A stretch of DNA of 63,771 nucleotides, counting the filler, from Hausera hauseri (Eukaryota): the NCBI GenBank assembly GCA_046269625.1. It is 11 parts of 11 records of this genome, joined end to end, with 100 filler letters (N's around TTAATTAATTAA, not from the genome) between each part and the next. Parts side by side here need not be neighbours in the genome. Positions count along the whole stretch, not along the records: positions 21,566 to 27,221 come from JBJURY010212411.1; positions 27,322 to 31,582 come from JBJURY010670662.1; positions 31,683 to 41,025 come from JBJURY010402145.1; 8 more parts are not named here. One strand, given 5' to 3'. The number at the start of each line of letters is the position of its first letter. The first letter of the stretch is position 1. The notes beneath the pieces are model-generated. The model was given only the letters and a program-made list of their open reading frames with translations, was not told where the DNA came from and did no database searches. Shown in pieces: positions 26,183 through 36,644 of this stretch. Position numbers and translations under genes: made by a program.

Positions 26183-27221
26183 GTGGGCACAAACCACGTG
26201 ATCGTCTTCCGAAGTCTTTATGTCCGTCTCCTCGTTTTCGGATTTTGTTCACTCCGTTTTAATGTTGAAATAAAGGCGAGAATCTTCTGTAAGATATGCA
26301 CGGTGAGGAGCTATGAAGAAATGGAAAAAAAGAAATGCCGTGACTATCTTACAGTAGTGACGCTAAAATTTAGATTAGTAGAATCTTATGCCGAGGGCAA
26401 TAAAAATATAAAAGAGAATATATCAAATGTCTATGTTTCTAAACAAATAGAGAATAGACAACGGCGGACCGTATCACTTGTAAAGGATTGCAAAGAAATG
26501 TATTCTAAACGGTTCTCATTTGAAACAAATGGCCATAAATTATTAAATAAATTACAAGAATTCACCAAATACCCAGAACTCCAAGCTGTTGAAGATCAAT
26601 TTGAGAAATGCAGTGAAGAATTACAAAGTAATGGTGCAAATTCAGAAAGGATATTGGGAGATAACAAATCTAGAGGGGAAAAGTTTGAGAAAGGGAGAGT
26701 AAATGAAACGAAGAAAAACAAAATTTCGGAACATAGAGCTGAAAAAATAGGGAAACAGATAATCGTACGTTGCGGCGGACGAAATTCCGTAGTTGACAGA
26801 ACTGATGTTCAGTCATATTATGATCTCATCAAGATTGTAAGAAGAAATCTGAAAATTAATGGTGAATTAATATTATTACATGTCGGGAGGCCGTTATGGA
26901 CCAACGAAGAAGTGGAAAATTTAAAACACGGATCAACAATTCACGTGATGTTTCGACTGAAAGGAAGAAGCGAATTGACTGCGGATGTGCTTGAAGAACG
27001 CATTGCCGAAGGGCGAAGGCCTATAAATTAGTTAACTTCAATTAGAAGGAGACTAATGGATGTTAATTTGAATGAGCACGACTACGAAGTATTTTATCAA
27101 AGTTACGAAAGGGTTTTCGCAAATGTCCGAGAGGAATTATGTTTGTTGACTACCGCAGCTAGAAAATTGAAAAAGAAAGAGAATATAACATTACTGGAGA
27201 ATAAGATGGAGAAGTTAGACA
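26183..27221 (+). mobile_element. ORF1 (gag position) of an LTR retrotransposon, with a ubiquitin-like domain at 26753-26968
   Basis: Lies directly after the PBS. KQIIVR...LILLHVGRPL...LKHGSTIHVMFRLKGR resembles ubiquitin ESTLHLVLRLRGG. A helical ORF follows up to the spacer. Confidence 0.6.
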
Positions 27222-27394
27222 NNNNNNNNNNNNNNNNNNNNNNNNNNNNNNNNNNNNNNNNNNNNTTAATTAATTAANNNNNNNNNNNNNNNNNNNNNNN
27301 NNNNNNNNNNNNNNNNNNNNNAAAATATATTTAAAACATCTGCAAAAGACAATAACGATTGTTATACTCAAGACAAAACAAATAAAGCTACAAG

Positions 27395-27790
27395 TTATTC
27401 TTGTTCAATTGCCTCGTAATTTGGTGGTATCATCGTAATGCATTCAGCGGTTTCGAAATCTGATGCAGTCTTGCTGTGATGAATGCCGTATAAGAAATAG
27501 ATAAATAACCCTAAAAGCCAAATAGGTAATGTCAACTAAATTAAATATGATAACCTATTATTAGCCATATGACAAAACGAATCCAAGTCATTCCTGAAAG
27601 GTTGATTATCAACGTTATGTTCAGAAGGATTGTTAAAAGAGGAATAAAAGGAACAAATGGCACCTAGAAAACATTAAACAATTTCTTCTAGACTATTTAA
27701 AATAAACCTTAAAAGTTGTGAATTCGTCGTGTTGTTCAAATATTTTGAGTAGGAATATACAAAAAGACATTCCTAAAAACAACAAAAGGA
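27395..27790 (-). CDS. cationic amino-acid transporter (SLC7/CAT) C-terminal exons 27708-27790, 27555-27663, 27395-27510
   Basis: TFK|VPFVPFIPLLTILLNITLIINLSGMTWIRFVIWLIIG|LFIYFLYGIHHS is the CAT C-terminal signature. Two 44-nt GT-AG introns. The 5' part is cut off at about 27790. Confidence 0.9.
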
Positions 27791-28048
27791 GGTTGAATCA
27801 TGTCATCTGGACTGCGTTTTTTTTAAGAAAAGTTTAATCTTCTATCTGGAAGACTTTGTCTATCTGTGGCATAGCTACCAGCTCTGTCCCAGAAGCCCTT
27901 GGAAACAAGGGGCTTTAAGTAAAAAGTTTATTTTCTCATTCATCCAGGTAGATAACAACAATAAAAGTTGAATCATGTCATCTGGACTGTGATTTTTTGT
28001 TAAAAAGAAATGTTTCGTCTCTCATCCAAGAGACTTTGTCAATCTGAG
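27791..28048 (-). repeat. two tandem Penelope-pLTR-like units (about 180-nt period) with degenerate hammerhead cores at 27826-27865 and 28006-28045
   Basis: gttgaatcatgtcatctggactg is repeated at 27792 and 27967. The minus strand reads ...gtctct tggatg agagac GAAAC...gtccag...acctggatgaatgagaa. Confidence 0.7.
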
Positions 28049-28128
28049 GGGCTTTAGGCTTTATTTTGACACCAGGGTTAGGGTTCCAACGCTGTCCTCT
28101 CAGTGGTGCGTAGTTTTATTTGTTTTTA

Positions 28129-31100
28129 TTATTCATCTAACCACTCCAGATCCAGTCCTTCACCACAGAAAGACTTCCTTTGGACCCCATAATCAAAGCG
28201 GATCTCTTCGTTTACTGAAATGTCTTTCATTGCCTTAAACAAGATTACATGCCTTTCCCCTTGAGGGAACTGCATAAGGCAATGCACTGGCCTAACGTTG
28301 GGATTCTTTCTGGAGTGGTTGAGTTTTCTTCCAATTGTTTCAATGTCTGGGTGGCACTTGCATGGAAATGTCTGGGCGTCTATGCATAATTTCTGGCCCC
28401 CAGACGAGAAAAAGAAAAGGTAATACATGTTGTCCTTTATGGATTTCAGGATCTGCTCTCCCTCCACTGCTGTAATCACCGTTCCATGGTAATCACATAC
28501 GATGGAACCTTTGATAAATCTTTTAGTGGCAACAACCCCTATGGTGAAAATAAGATCACAAAAAATGTGCATGATTAGAATATGGCCTGTTGGAAATATT
28601 TTGACAGCAGTCTTGATTCTCAATTATTCACAAATCCGTGAAGGGTACATACCTTGTCCTTTGTCATCAGGAAAATGTTGTATCGACAGACCGGACCACT
28701 TCTGCACTGTGACCAACTTGATCAAACGTGGATCACTCTCCACAGTTGTTTTTGGGGCTGGACTCCATTTTGCCACTATGTCCTCTGGCCTGGGATGGTT
28801 GGCAGTCCACCCCTCCTTGGTGATGTCTTTTAAAACAATTTTTAGGCAAGGGGGACGCCTTGTGTATTTAGCTGTAACAACAAGATTTATATTACTCACA
28901 ATGTATGTCCAGAAAGGCCATTTACGGTATTCACATAAGTAGATTTTACTTACAAAACAGATGTTCTTCCCTCTTTGCATACTGGAGTGCCCTCCACTTG
29001 TCATATGAGATCCGGTCCTTAGAGAACCCAGCTTGAACCCTCTGCTTTTTTGTTGGTGGCTGGCCAGCTAGAGTTACTGGAAAGGACTTCAGAAATGCTG
29101 CAAAATCTTCTTGTGGCTCACTTTCGTCAAATTCTCGGTGCCTTTTCTGTGCCCTAGTATGCCTCTCATCACTAGACCCTTCAGAACTGCACACAAACAA
29201 AATTTTAAGGTGAAACATTGAAAACCAGATGCACAAAACTTTGAAGAAGTTGAGAGGGTCCTCACAGCAGCATCATAAAAAGTGAACAATTAAAAGAAAT
29301 ATAATGCATATATACTACGTGTCAATTATTGCACAATGCACACATTCTCCTCTGGTGGTTTCTGTACAACTGCTGTTCTGCAGCTTTCACTCTGTGGGGG
29401 AGGATTGTGGTTGGAGAACTAGGGTTCACATATTAGTCTAATGTGTGCAGATCCAGGCACATACCTTTCCAAGGCACCGATCAAATTGATGGCGAGCACA
29501 GATGTTGATGGGGCCCTCATCCTATAGTGTGCATCAGCAACAGCTGTGGAATGGGCCATATAATGTGCAACATGCTTCTTATCTTCCTCTGTGAGATTTT
29601 GGTTAGCCAGTGTTTCTACAACTCTGCGTACTTCCTGGCTAGTCACATTTGACAACTTGTAGCTGCAATGAGCCAGAAAAATAAAACAAATTAAACCTAT
29701 ATTCTCCTGATGTGCACAGTAAATTTACTAATTTCATTCATACTTACTGTTGGTGCAGACGGTAAAGGTCCTGGGTGGCACTTCTAATGGGTCGTCCATT
29801 AGAATTAATAAAAAATCGGTCCTCCTCTTCTCCAGAGTCTTTTACACATTCGGAGCGAATGTGCCTGTAGTATGTGTCTAGCATCTGTGGAGACAAAATA
29901 TGAATGAAGTTAACTCTCGTGGGATGATTTATGGTAGTATCAATATAAAGCCATGCTAGTTTGTTAGAAAACTTACTGCATCCTCCTCCATGGACAGGGC
30001 AAATGTAGCAATCTGCATTGTTGCTGTCTTATGGCTGCTGACACCTATGACAAGTCTGCCATCACAGTTCTTTCTGTTAAGCCATTCTGAAACCTAGGAA
30101 TCATTGAAGGACAGTGCACATTGTTTATCTGAACAACATGTATACCTTTGTCAACCTTCTAAACTCTGTCCACTGACAAACAGCTGAAAACTGTGCATGA
30201 AGAGTACTTACTGTAAATCCTTCTACCACTCCTGGTCGTTGAAAGTGGTTCAGAATGAGGATCCCTTCACAATAGTAGCGGTACAAGGTTCTCTCCTCAG
30301 ATGACAGTTGCTCCTCTGTTAGGTCTTTTGCGTAAATGCCAAGCATGTCTTTCTTGGCCTCACGCATCAGTCTCTGACAGTCATGCAGGCTTCGCTGGCC
30401 CTCAACATAACGGTCATATCTATTAGAAGAACAAATGCAAAAGTGAATTAGTCTTCTATATCACACATTCTCTTCTGCCCAGTAGACACATAGGTCACAT
30501 AAACAGTGAATAAGCCTTTAAAATATTAAATGGTAGCGTTAAACTAATAACAGACCTGATTTTACATGAAACCCTGCTGTGCTCCTTAGCCATTGGTTTC
30601 CTTAAAGTCCCAAGTAGGTCAACATAGGCCTGGCATTTCCGACTGTACTCCAGGTCCCCCGTAGTGACATACAGGTAAGTGCTCAAAAAGTTTACAAAAC
30701 GGATCATGTTCTTGATGTAGTTTAAAATGGTGGCTGGAGCCATCTTGGCCATCTTGAGGGTTCTGATGAAATCACTTGTTTCGGTGTATTTGGAGAGAAA
30801 GTCCAGGTTGATGTCGTCTCCACAGGGCTGAATGTATCTCAGCATCCTGGACACATTGTCAACCTACAGTGTAAAATGAAAAGCAGTATGAGAGATGTCA
30901 TTAGTGCTTTGATTATGCATATACATACAGATTAGATGGGAACTATATGGCCATGACAGTGGAGAGTTATTAGCTTCTTTTTTTGTCTGTTTCACAAAGA
31001 GATGTTTCAGTCACATGACTGAAACAGGATCTGTTTTTGTTTTTCAACTTTCACAGGAAAGATGAAATATAAACAGCTCTTTATTTGCTCTGTACATCAA

Positions 31101-31336
31101 CTGCTTGTAATTGTAATGGTGTAAGTGTGATCATGCAGAAAGATCAGGCTTGACGCACTTTTTGATTATAAAACATTGGGTTAAATCTTACCTCCTGTTG
31201 ACAGTTTGGGACCAGCAGTGAACTTCTTAGGTGGTCCTTGAATAGCACCAGAAGAGTTGATTCACTAGGGAACTTTTCATACAGCCCCATGTTTTTCATA
31301 GTAAGCCTTACTCCTGTATGGCCTGAAGAGATTGGT
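28129..31336 (-). CDS. spliced tyrosine recombinase-SET domain (KMT5A-like) fusion protein, 5'-partial, teleost-like sequence
   Basis: GT-AG exons 31192-31336, 30556-30863, 30212-30419, 29977-30093, 29748-29884, 29465-29662, about 28953-29187, about 28652-28871 and 28129-28539. YR motifs FQRPG, HKT, EVRR and YMAHS...AHY. SET motifs KGQGVVAT...CDYHG, KLNHS and EEIRFDYG. No stops were seen in the exons. Confidence 0.85.
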
Positions 31337-31427
31337 CTGAGAAGAAACAAACAGAAAATAATCTAAAAAAGCTAAGTCTGGTCCTCTGGACATTCAAAAA
31401 CAAAACAAAGCAAAAAAATAAAATAGT

Positions 31428-31467
31428 AGAAACGTTTCGTCTTTCGTCCGAAAGACTTCCTCAGTCT
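31428..31467 (-). ncRNA. minimal type I hammerhead ribozyme (Penelope-type, dimer-dependent)
   Basis: AGA-CUGAGGA-A-GUCUUU-cggacg-AAAGAC-GAAA-CGU-U-UCU: intact core, stem II, palindromic ACGU stem III, GUU cleavage triplet and AGA/UCU stem I. Confidence 0.75.
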
Positions 31468-32229
31468 GAGATGCTGTATTCAGCTCAGTCTTATAAATAG
31501 CACCCTCTCACAGTGGATCAACCAGTTTGCTGCTGACAGCCAAAACCAGCTGCTCACATGATCAAGGAGGACCATCAGCCTANNNNNNNNNNNNNNNNNN
31601 NNNNNNNNNNNNNNNNNNNNNNNNNNTTAATTAATTAANNNNNNNNNNNNNNNNNNNNNNNNNNNNNNNNNNNNNNNNNNNNCGGTACGGGAACTCCTGC
31701 AACGGAGTCGCTTTATACGACACTTGGTCGGGCTGGAGAGAGATGATCCATATTCTCTCTCAGCAAGCACGCTCCATCGGTTTTACCAGGATGGAGATAA
31801 CCGTCGTCTCTTCGATTCGTCGGTTTTTCTACCGGTATTCCTACGACTAATGGCGGCAACCGATCGACTATATGAATAGCTGGTTCCATCGGAGAGCCAG
31901 CTGATTTCTGACCATCGAGCCACTCACAAGCGGACGGTTATGACAGTGAGCTCCTGCCTAGACAATGTTTCCACACCACTCCGTCGCCTCCGGCTGGAGC
32001 CGGAAAAACTTGAACCAGCATCAACGGATTCCAGTTCAAACGACATTCCAACTTGCTCGCGCCGGAATCAGAGGATTAACGTGGCCCTTTCCTCAACCGA
32101 GGATTCGTATGCCTCGGCGGACGAAATAATGATTAAACAAAATAAGCGTTCGGACTTTTATTTGTTCCTTATTTTGTTCGTCCTTCATCATGTGTTTTAT
32201 TTTAATAACTTTGTAAAACACAAACTCAC

Positions 32230-35200
32230 TAAACTGCTAATCCATGTACGGATGAAAACGTCAGATATAGTATTGGTATTTGTTATCCGCAGAGGGATGG
32301 CTTCTGACCATCGCGAGGAACGGTCCATCATGGTGAGAATGAATTGATGGCTGTTGTCTGGAGGAAGAGGGCCAACGATGTCAATATGCACAAATTCGAA
32401 ACGCGATGTGCAGGAAAGTGGAACAGTGGTGGCTTTAAATGCTTAGTTGTTTTGTATTTTTGTCAAGCCACACACTCCTTACCACATGCCTACACATCGG
32501 AACGCACTGACGGCCAAACTACTTGTCAGTGGACTAAACGAAAAGTGGCTTTAACACCGTGGTGACGTAACGAATGTACGCTGTTGAATGCTTGCCTTTG
32601 CAACGATGGTGCTAGAATTATTAGGGAATAACCTAGTTTGGAAGTGTCTAAAGCCACGCCGTCAACGATTCTGCAAGACTTGAAAGAATTAAGTATTTCC
32701 TGATGTGGCTGGTTTTTTTGAAGTTGTGCTTGAGTAAATATTGGTGAAAAATTAATCGAACTTACTGACCTAGATAAAACGTCGGCAACCAAATTATTAA
32801 CCCAATTAATATGTTTTATGTCAAAGTTATATGTCGACAAGTATAATATCTGTCGTTCTTAGTGTGTGGCAGGATGTTTCATAGCCATGATGTTAAGTAA
32901 GGGCTTGTGATCGGTTTGTATAGTAAAATGACGAACGAAAAGTAGGTTGGAGAAATGCTTTAAAGCGAGAATGATAGCCAATAATTCACGATCGAACGTT
33001 GAATATCTAGTTTCAGGGGATGTTAGCATACCAGAAAAAAATTCTAGCGGTTGATTTTCTCCTTTGTGGATTTGGTGGAGTACAGCACCTACTGCAGTGG
33101 TTGAAGCGTCTGTTGTAAAAATGAGTTCCGCGTCAGGCTGGGGGAAAGCGGGAATGTCGACGGTTTTCATTCCTTCGCGTAGCCTATCAAACTTGTCAAC
33201 CAATTCAGGTGTCCACTGTATTGGCTGATGATTTTTGCCGCCGCTTAAGTGTGAAAATGGTGCTGTCAATTCAAAGAAATTTAGTACATATTTATGTACG
33301 AAGTGTAGTGTACCAAGGAAGCTGCGCATTTCAGTGGTCATACGTAAAAACTGGATATTTTTAAGGGCTTCAACTCGGTCTGGTTGAGAAGAGTGGCCGT
33401 CTGGTGAAATAATGTGGCCTAAAAAGTTGAGGAGTTTTTTGAAGAAATAAGATTTGTCAAAATTGACTTGGAGATTATGGTGGTTAAAGCGTTGTAAAAT
33501 TGCGCGAAGGTGTTCTTCATGTTGTTTGGCCGAAGACGAAACAATCAGAATATCATCAGTGTAAAAATGAGCAAACCCAAAATCTGAGAGAATTGAGTCG
33601 ATGTGCCGTTGAAGAATTGGTGTGGCATTTCGTAAACCGAATGACATAAACAGGTACTCACAGAGGTCAAAAGGAGTGGTGACAGCAATCTTTTTTATAT
33701 CTTTGGGTGCAAATGGTATTTGACGGTATGCTTTGGCCAAATTAATGGTCGAATAAATTGTGGTTGAATTAAGACAATGCAAGATTTCCTTGATGAGTGG
33801 TAGGGGTTACAAATCCATAATTGTCACGTTGTTAAACTGTCTGTAATCATCGCATGGTCTAAAAGTTCTGTCCTTTTTTGTACGACATGTAAAGGTGATG
33901 ACCAAGGAGATTGGAACAGCGTACAATGTCGGAGCGTTCTAGTTCAAGAAATTCTGCTTCTACGGCCTGCCTACGACGAGGTGACAGTGGTCGTACCTTT
34001 TGGCGTATCGGTCGATGATGTTGTGTAACTATGTGGTGTAAAGTACTGTTTGCAGGAGTAGACGTACCATCTTTTTTAAGTACGCATGAACATGCTGTGT
34101 AGAAGAATTGCTGTAAAGTTGTAGGCAAGTGTGAGAGATTCGGTGATGATAATGAAACAGCTTGAGTAGTAGCGGATGCAATTTGTGAATTGTTTACTGA
34201 TGTAAAGTCAGTGGGTGTTTGGTGTAAGATGGTCAAATTAAGAATGGTGTGGGATGAAGTGATTTCTTCGAGTGAATTAACGTTGGTGACAGTACCACAA
34301 TTAACGACATCGAACCTCGACTGAATGTCAATATTATGATTTAAAAATTTACGAAATGAATTATTGTTATGGAAATTCGAATTATTTATTGATTTACTCA
34401 AAATTGACCCCCGCGTCCCGATTGACTGCGTGGTAGTCGAAATGTTATTTATATGCTCAGTAATGCTGCCAATGATGCCGCTCCTCAGACATTGTTGACT
34501 GCAGTCAACCAATAAATTATAATGCAATAGAAAATCGGATTCTAGAATTGCCGTCTGGACGTTAGCAACTGTGAACGTCTAGTGGAAAGGTGAAGGAAAT
34601 TTTGGTAAGATAAAAGATAGTTTAGCCATGCCAGAAATGTGCAGCGGTTGGCCTGAAGCGATGTATAAGAGCTTAATTCTGAATGGTGAATTTTGTACAG
34701 GAAAGGTTTTTGGTAATAAAGAAATTGCTGCATCTGTATCGATGAGGAAATTAACAAATTGCGTTGTAGCAGCGGTGATTGCAGCCTTTAGAGTAAAGAC
34801 AGCAAAGGAGGCGTGTCGGCATTTAGCAGGTGAAGCAGTGCCTTTTCCAGACTTTGCCGTGACTTTTGGCGGCAAACTTAGTTTTTTTAAAAAGGTGAAA
34901 TAGGACGACTATTAGAAGAAAAGGTAGCACGTCCGTCATTTGTATCTGTTTCGAAAGTGAAGTCTGGAATGCATTTACGACCTTGATTTTTAATCTTTGC
35001 GTGGTAGATACAAACAATAGTGTCTGAAAAAAACTTTTATTAGAATATTTTCACCCTAGGCAGAATTTTTGGCACTTTTATTGAATCTGCTGTGATAATA
35101 GCAGATAGACGACGGCGCAGGTGATGGTGACCGGTTTCTAGAAGCAGAATGGGCGCGGTCAGCGACAAAATCGTTTTTTCGGGACAGGAAAGTTAATTTA

Positions 35201-36030
35201 ACTTGTTGTTTATATTGTTAATTGTTGCTTGTAGTGTTGTATTTTCGGCACGTAACTGATTTATTTGTCACTCTATTGATGTGTTGTTGTTTTGGATACC
35301 GGTAGCAGCAACTGCCACAGTAACGATTGGTGGGGAGTTCATGTGTAGAACGTCGTGTGTTTTGTTTTCTAAGTCGGCGAATTTTTCAAGAGCCATGGAG
35401 TCCTTAACCACGGTCCGTAGAGCCCGAGTTTGGATATGTAACGCGTTGAGGAAGTAGTATCGCAGTCGTTGTGGATTATGTTCTTTAGTGACGCCGACAG
35501 TGTGTAGATGTGCTAAAGAAGTGCGTAGAAAGACTGATGGTCGTTGTGTACCTATAGCGTTGTCGTGAAAGAAGCGTTGTATGATCGTGTCCATTGAGGG
35601 TTCTGTGGTTTTAAGAACAGCGTTGAAGAACTCTGAATATGGTCCGTAAGTTCAAAGATTTCATGGATTTTGTGAATTCGTGTTTTGATATTGTTAGGAA
35701 GTAAGAAGAAGATGTTGTGTGCTTTAGTTAAAGTATCGGTAACGCTATTGGCATGTAGCTACAGTTGGCGGAATTGCAACCACGTTTTGCTGAAGCCTTG
35801 GTTGTCAAGAAAGAATTCAGTGCAGTGAGGGAAAGTGACGGAAGAAGTCATAGACGAAGAGTTATTAGCAGAAGTATGGGTGGATTTTTGAAGCCGTATG
35901 ACAGATTTTGGTTTCGTGGTGGTTTAATCCGTGGTGTCTATGGATGGTGATGAATTCATGCCACCACAGACGCGGAAGTGTATATTGAGGTGGATATAAT
36001 TTGAAGAAGATTGCAGGGTTCCAGCGATAG
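32230..36030 (-). mobile_element. CsRn1-like Ty3/gypsy copy 2 (end of Ubl, gag, PR, RT, RNase H, N-terminal half of integrase; degenerate)
   Basis: HFRVCGG|MNSSP; FLIDTDA; FYTDDILI; TDASTTAVGAVLHQ; RYSTFDRELLAI; HIDIVGPLP...DRSSRW. Confidence 0.95.
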
Positions 36031-36520
36031 GTATTCTAGAGCCGTTGTGCGTATTGCAACGTATTTTAATCCTAATTTTGTGCTGAGTATTAGCGGACCT
36101 TCGTTACTGAGATTCAGCATTATTTTCGATATCAGCATGTACTTCAGAGCAACTGTTGTTTTTATTGTGTCAGATGAATCATAACCTTCAAATGCTTCAT
36201 AAAAAACTAGTACGCCGTTTTAAAATATCTTTCGTCGGCAGCATGCAAAAGTCCACATGGGATATCTAACGATGTCTGTAACTTCGGTGGACGATAAATT
36301 CGATTCGCTGTTGTTTGAGAAGATGTCAACGCAACTTTTTCACGATAAATATTATTCAAATTTTGACGAAGTTAATTTCGTCTTTCAGATTTTTTCCATT
36401 CAATTACTTCTTTAATAACGTAAATTTCCTTGGCGGTTTTAACTTCCACATCCAAATAAAATTAACTAGAGCACGAACCAATTTTCTAGCTTTTTACTGT
36501 GGAATTTTTGAGTAAGATAG
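36031..36520 (-). pseudogene. PSMD11: 26S proteasome lid subunit RPN6 fragment, intronless and internally deleted
   Basis: KARKLVRALV...IEWKKSERR*LRQNL / [23 protein letters not shown]...[24 protein letters not shown]...ALKYMLISKIMLN...KLGLKY. Confidence 0.9.
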
Positions 36521-36550
36521 GAGAAATTATAAAATTTTCGAGGGAGAAAA

Positions 36551-36644
36551 TAAGGCCCGACTTTGTGTCTGATGCGGCGATAGAGGACGCCCGGCCGTGA
36601 CCAACCAAATTGAACAAAGGGCACCGGCCGAGGTGGGCACAACA
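36551..36644 (-). mobile_element. 5' end of the CsRn1-like family LTR
   Basis: The reverse complement (TGTTGTGCCCACCTCGGCCGGTGCCCTTTG...) matches the LTR starting at 54368 after the PPT. Confidence 0.8.
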
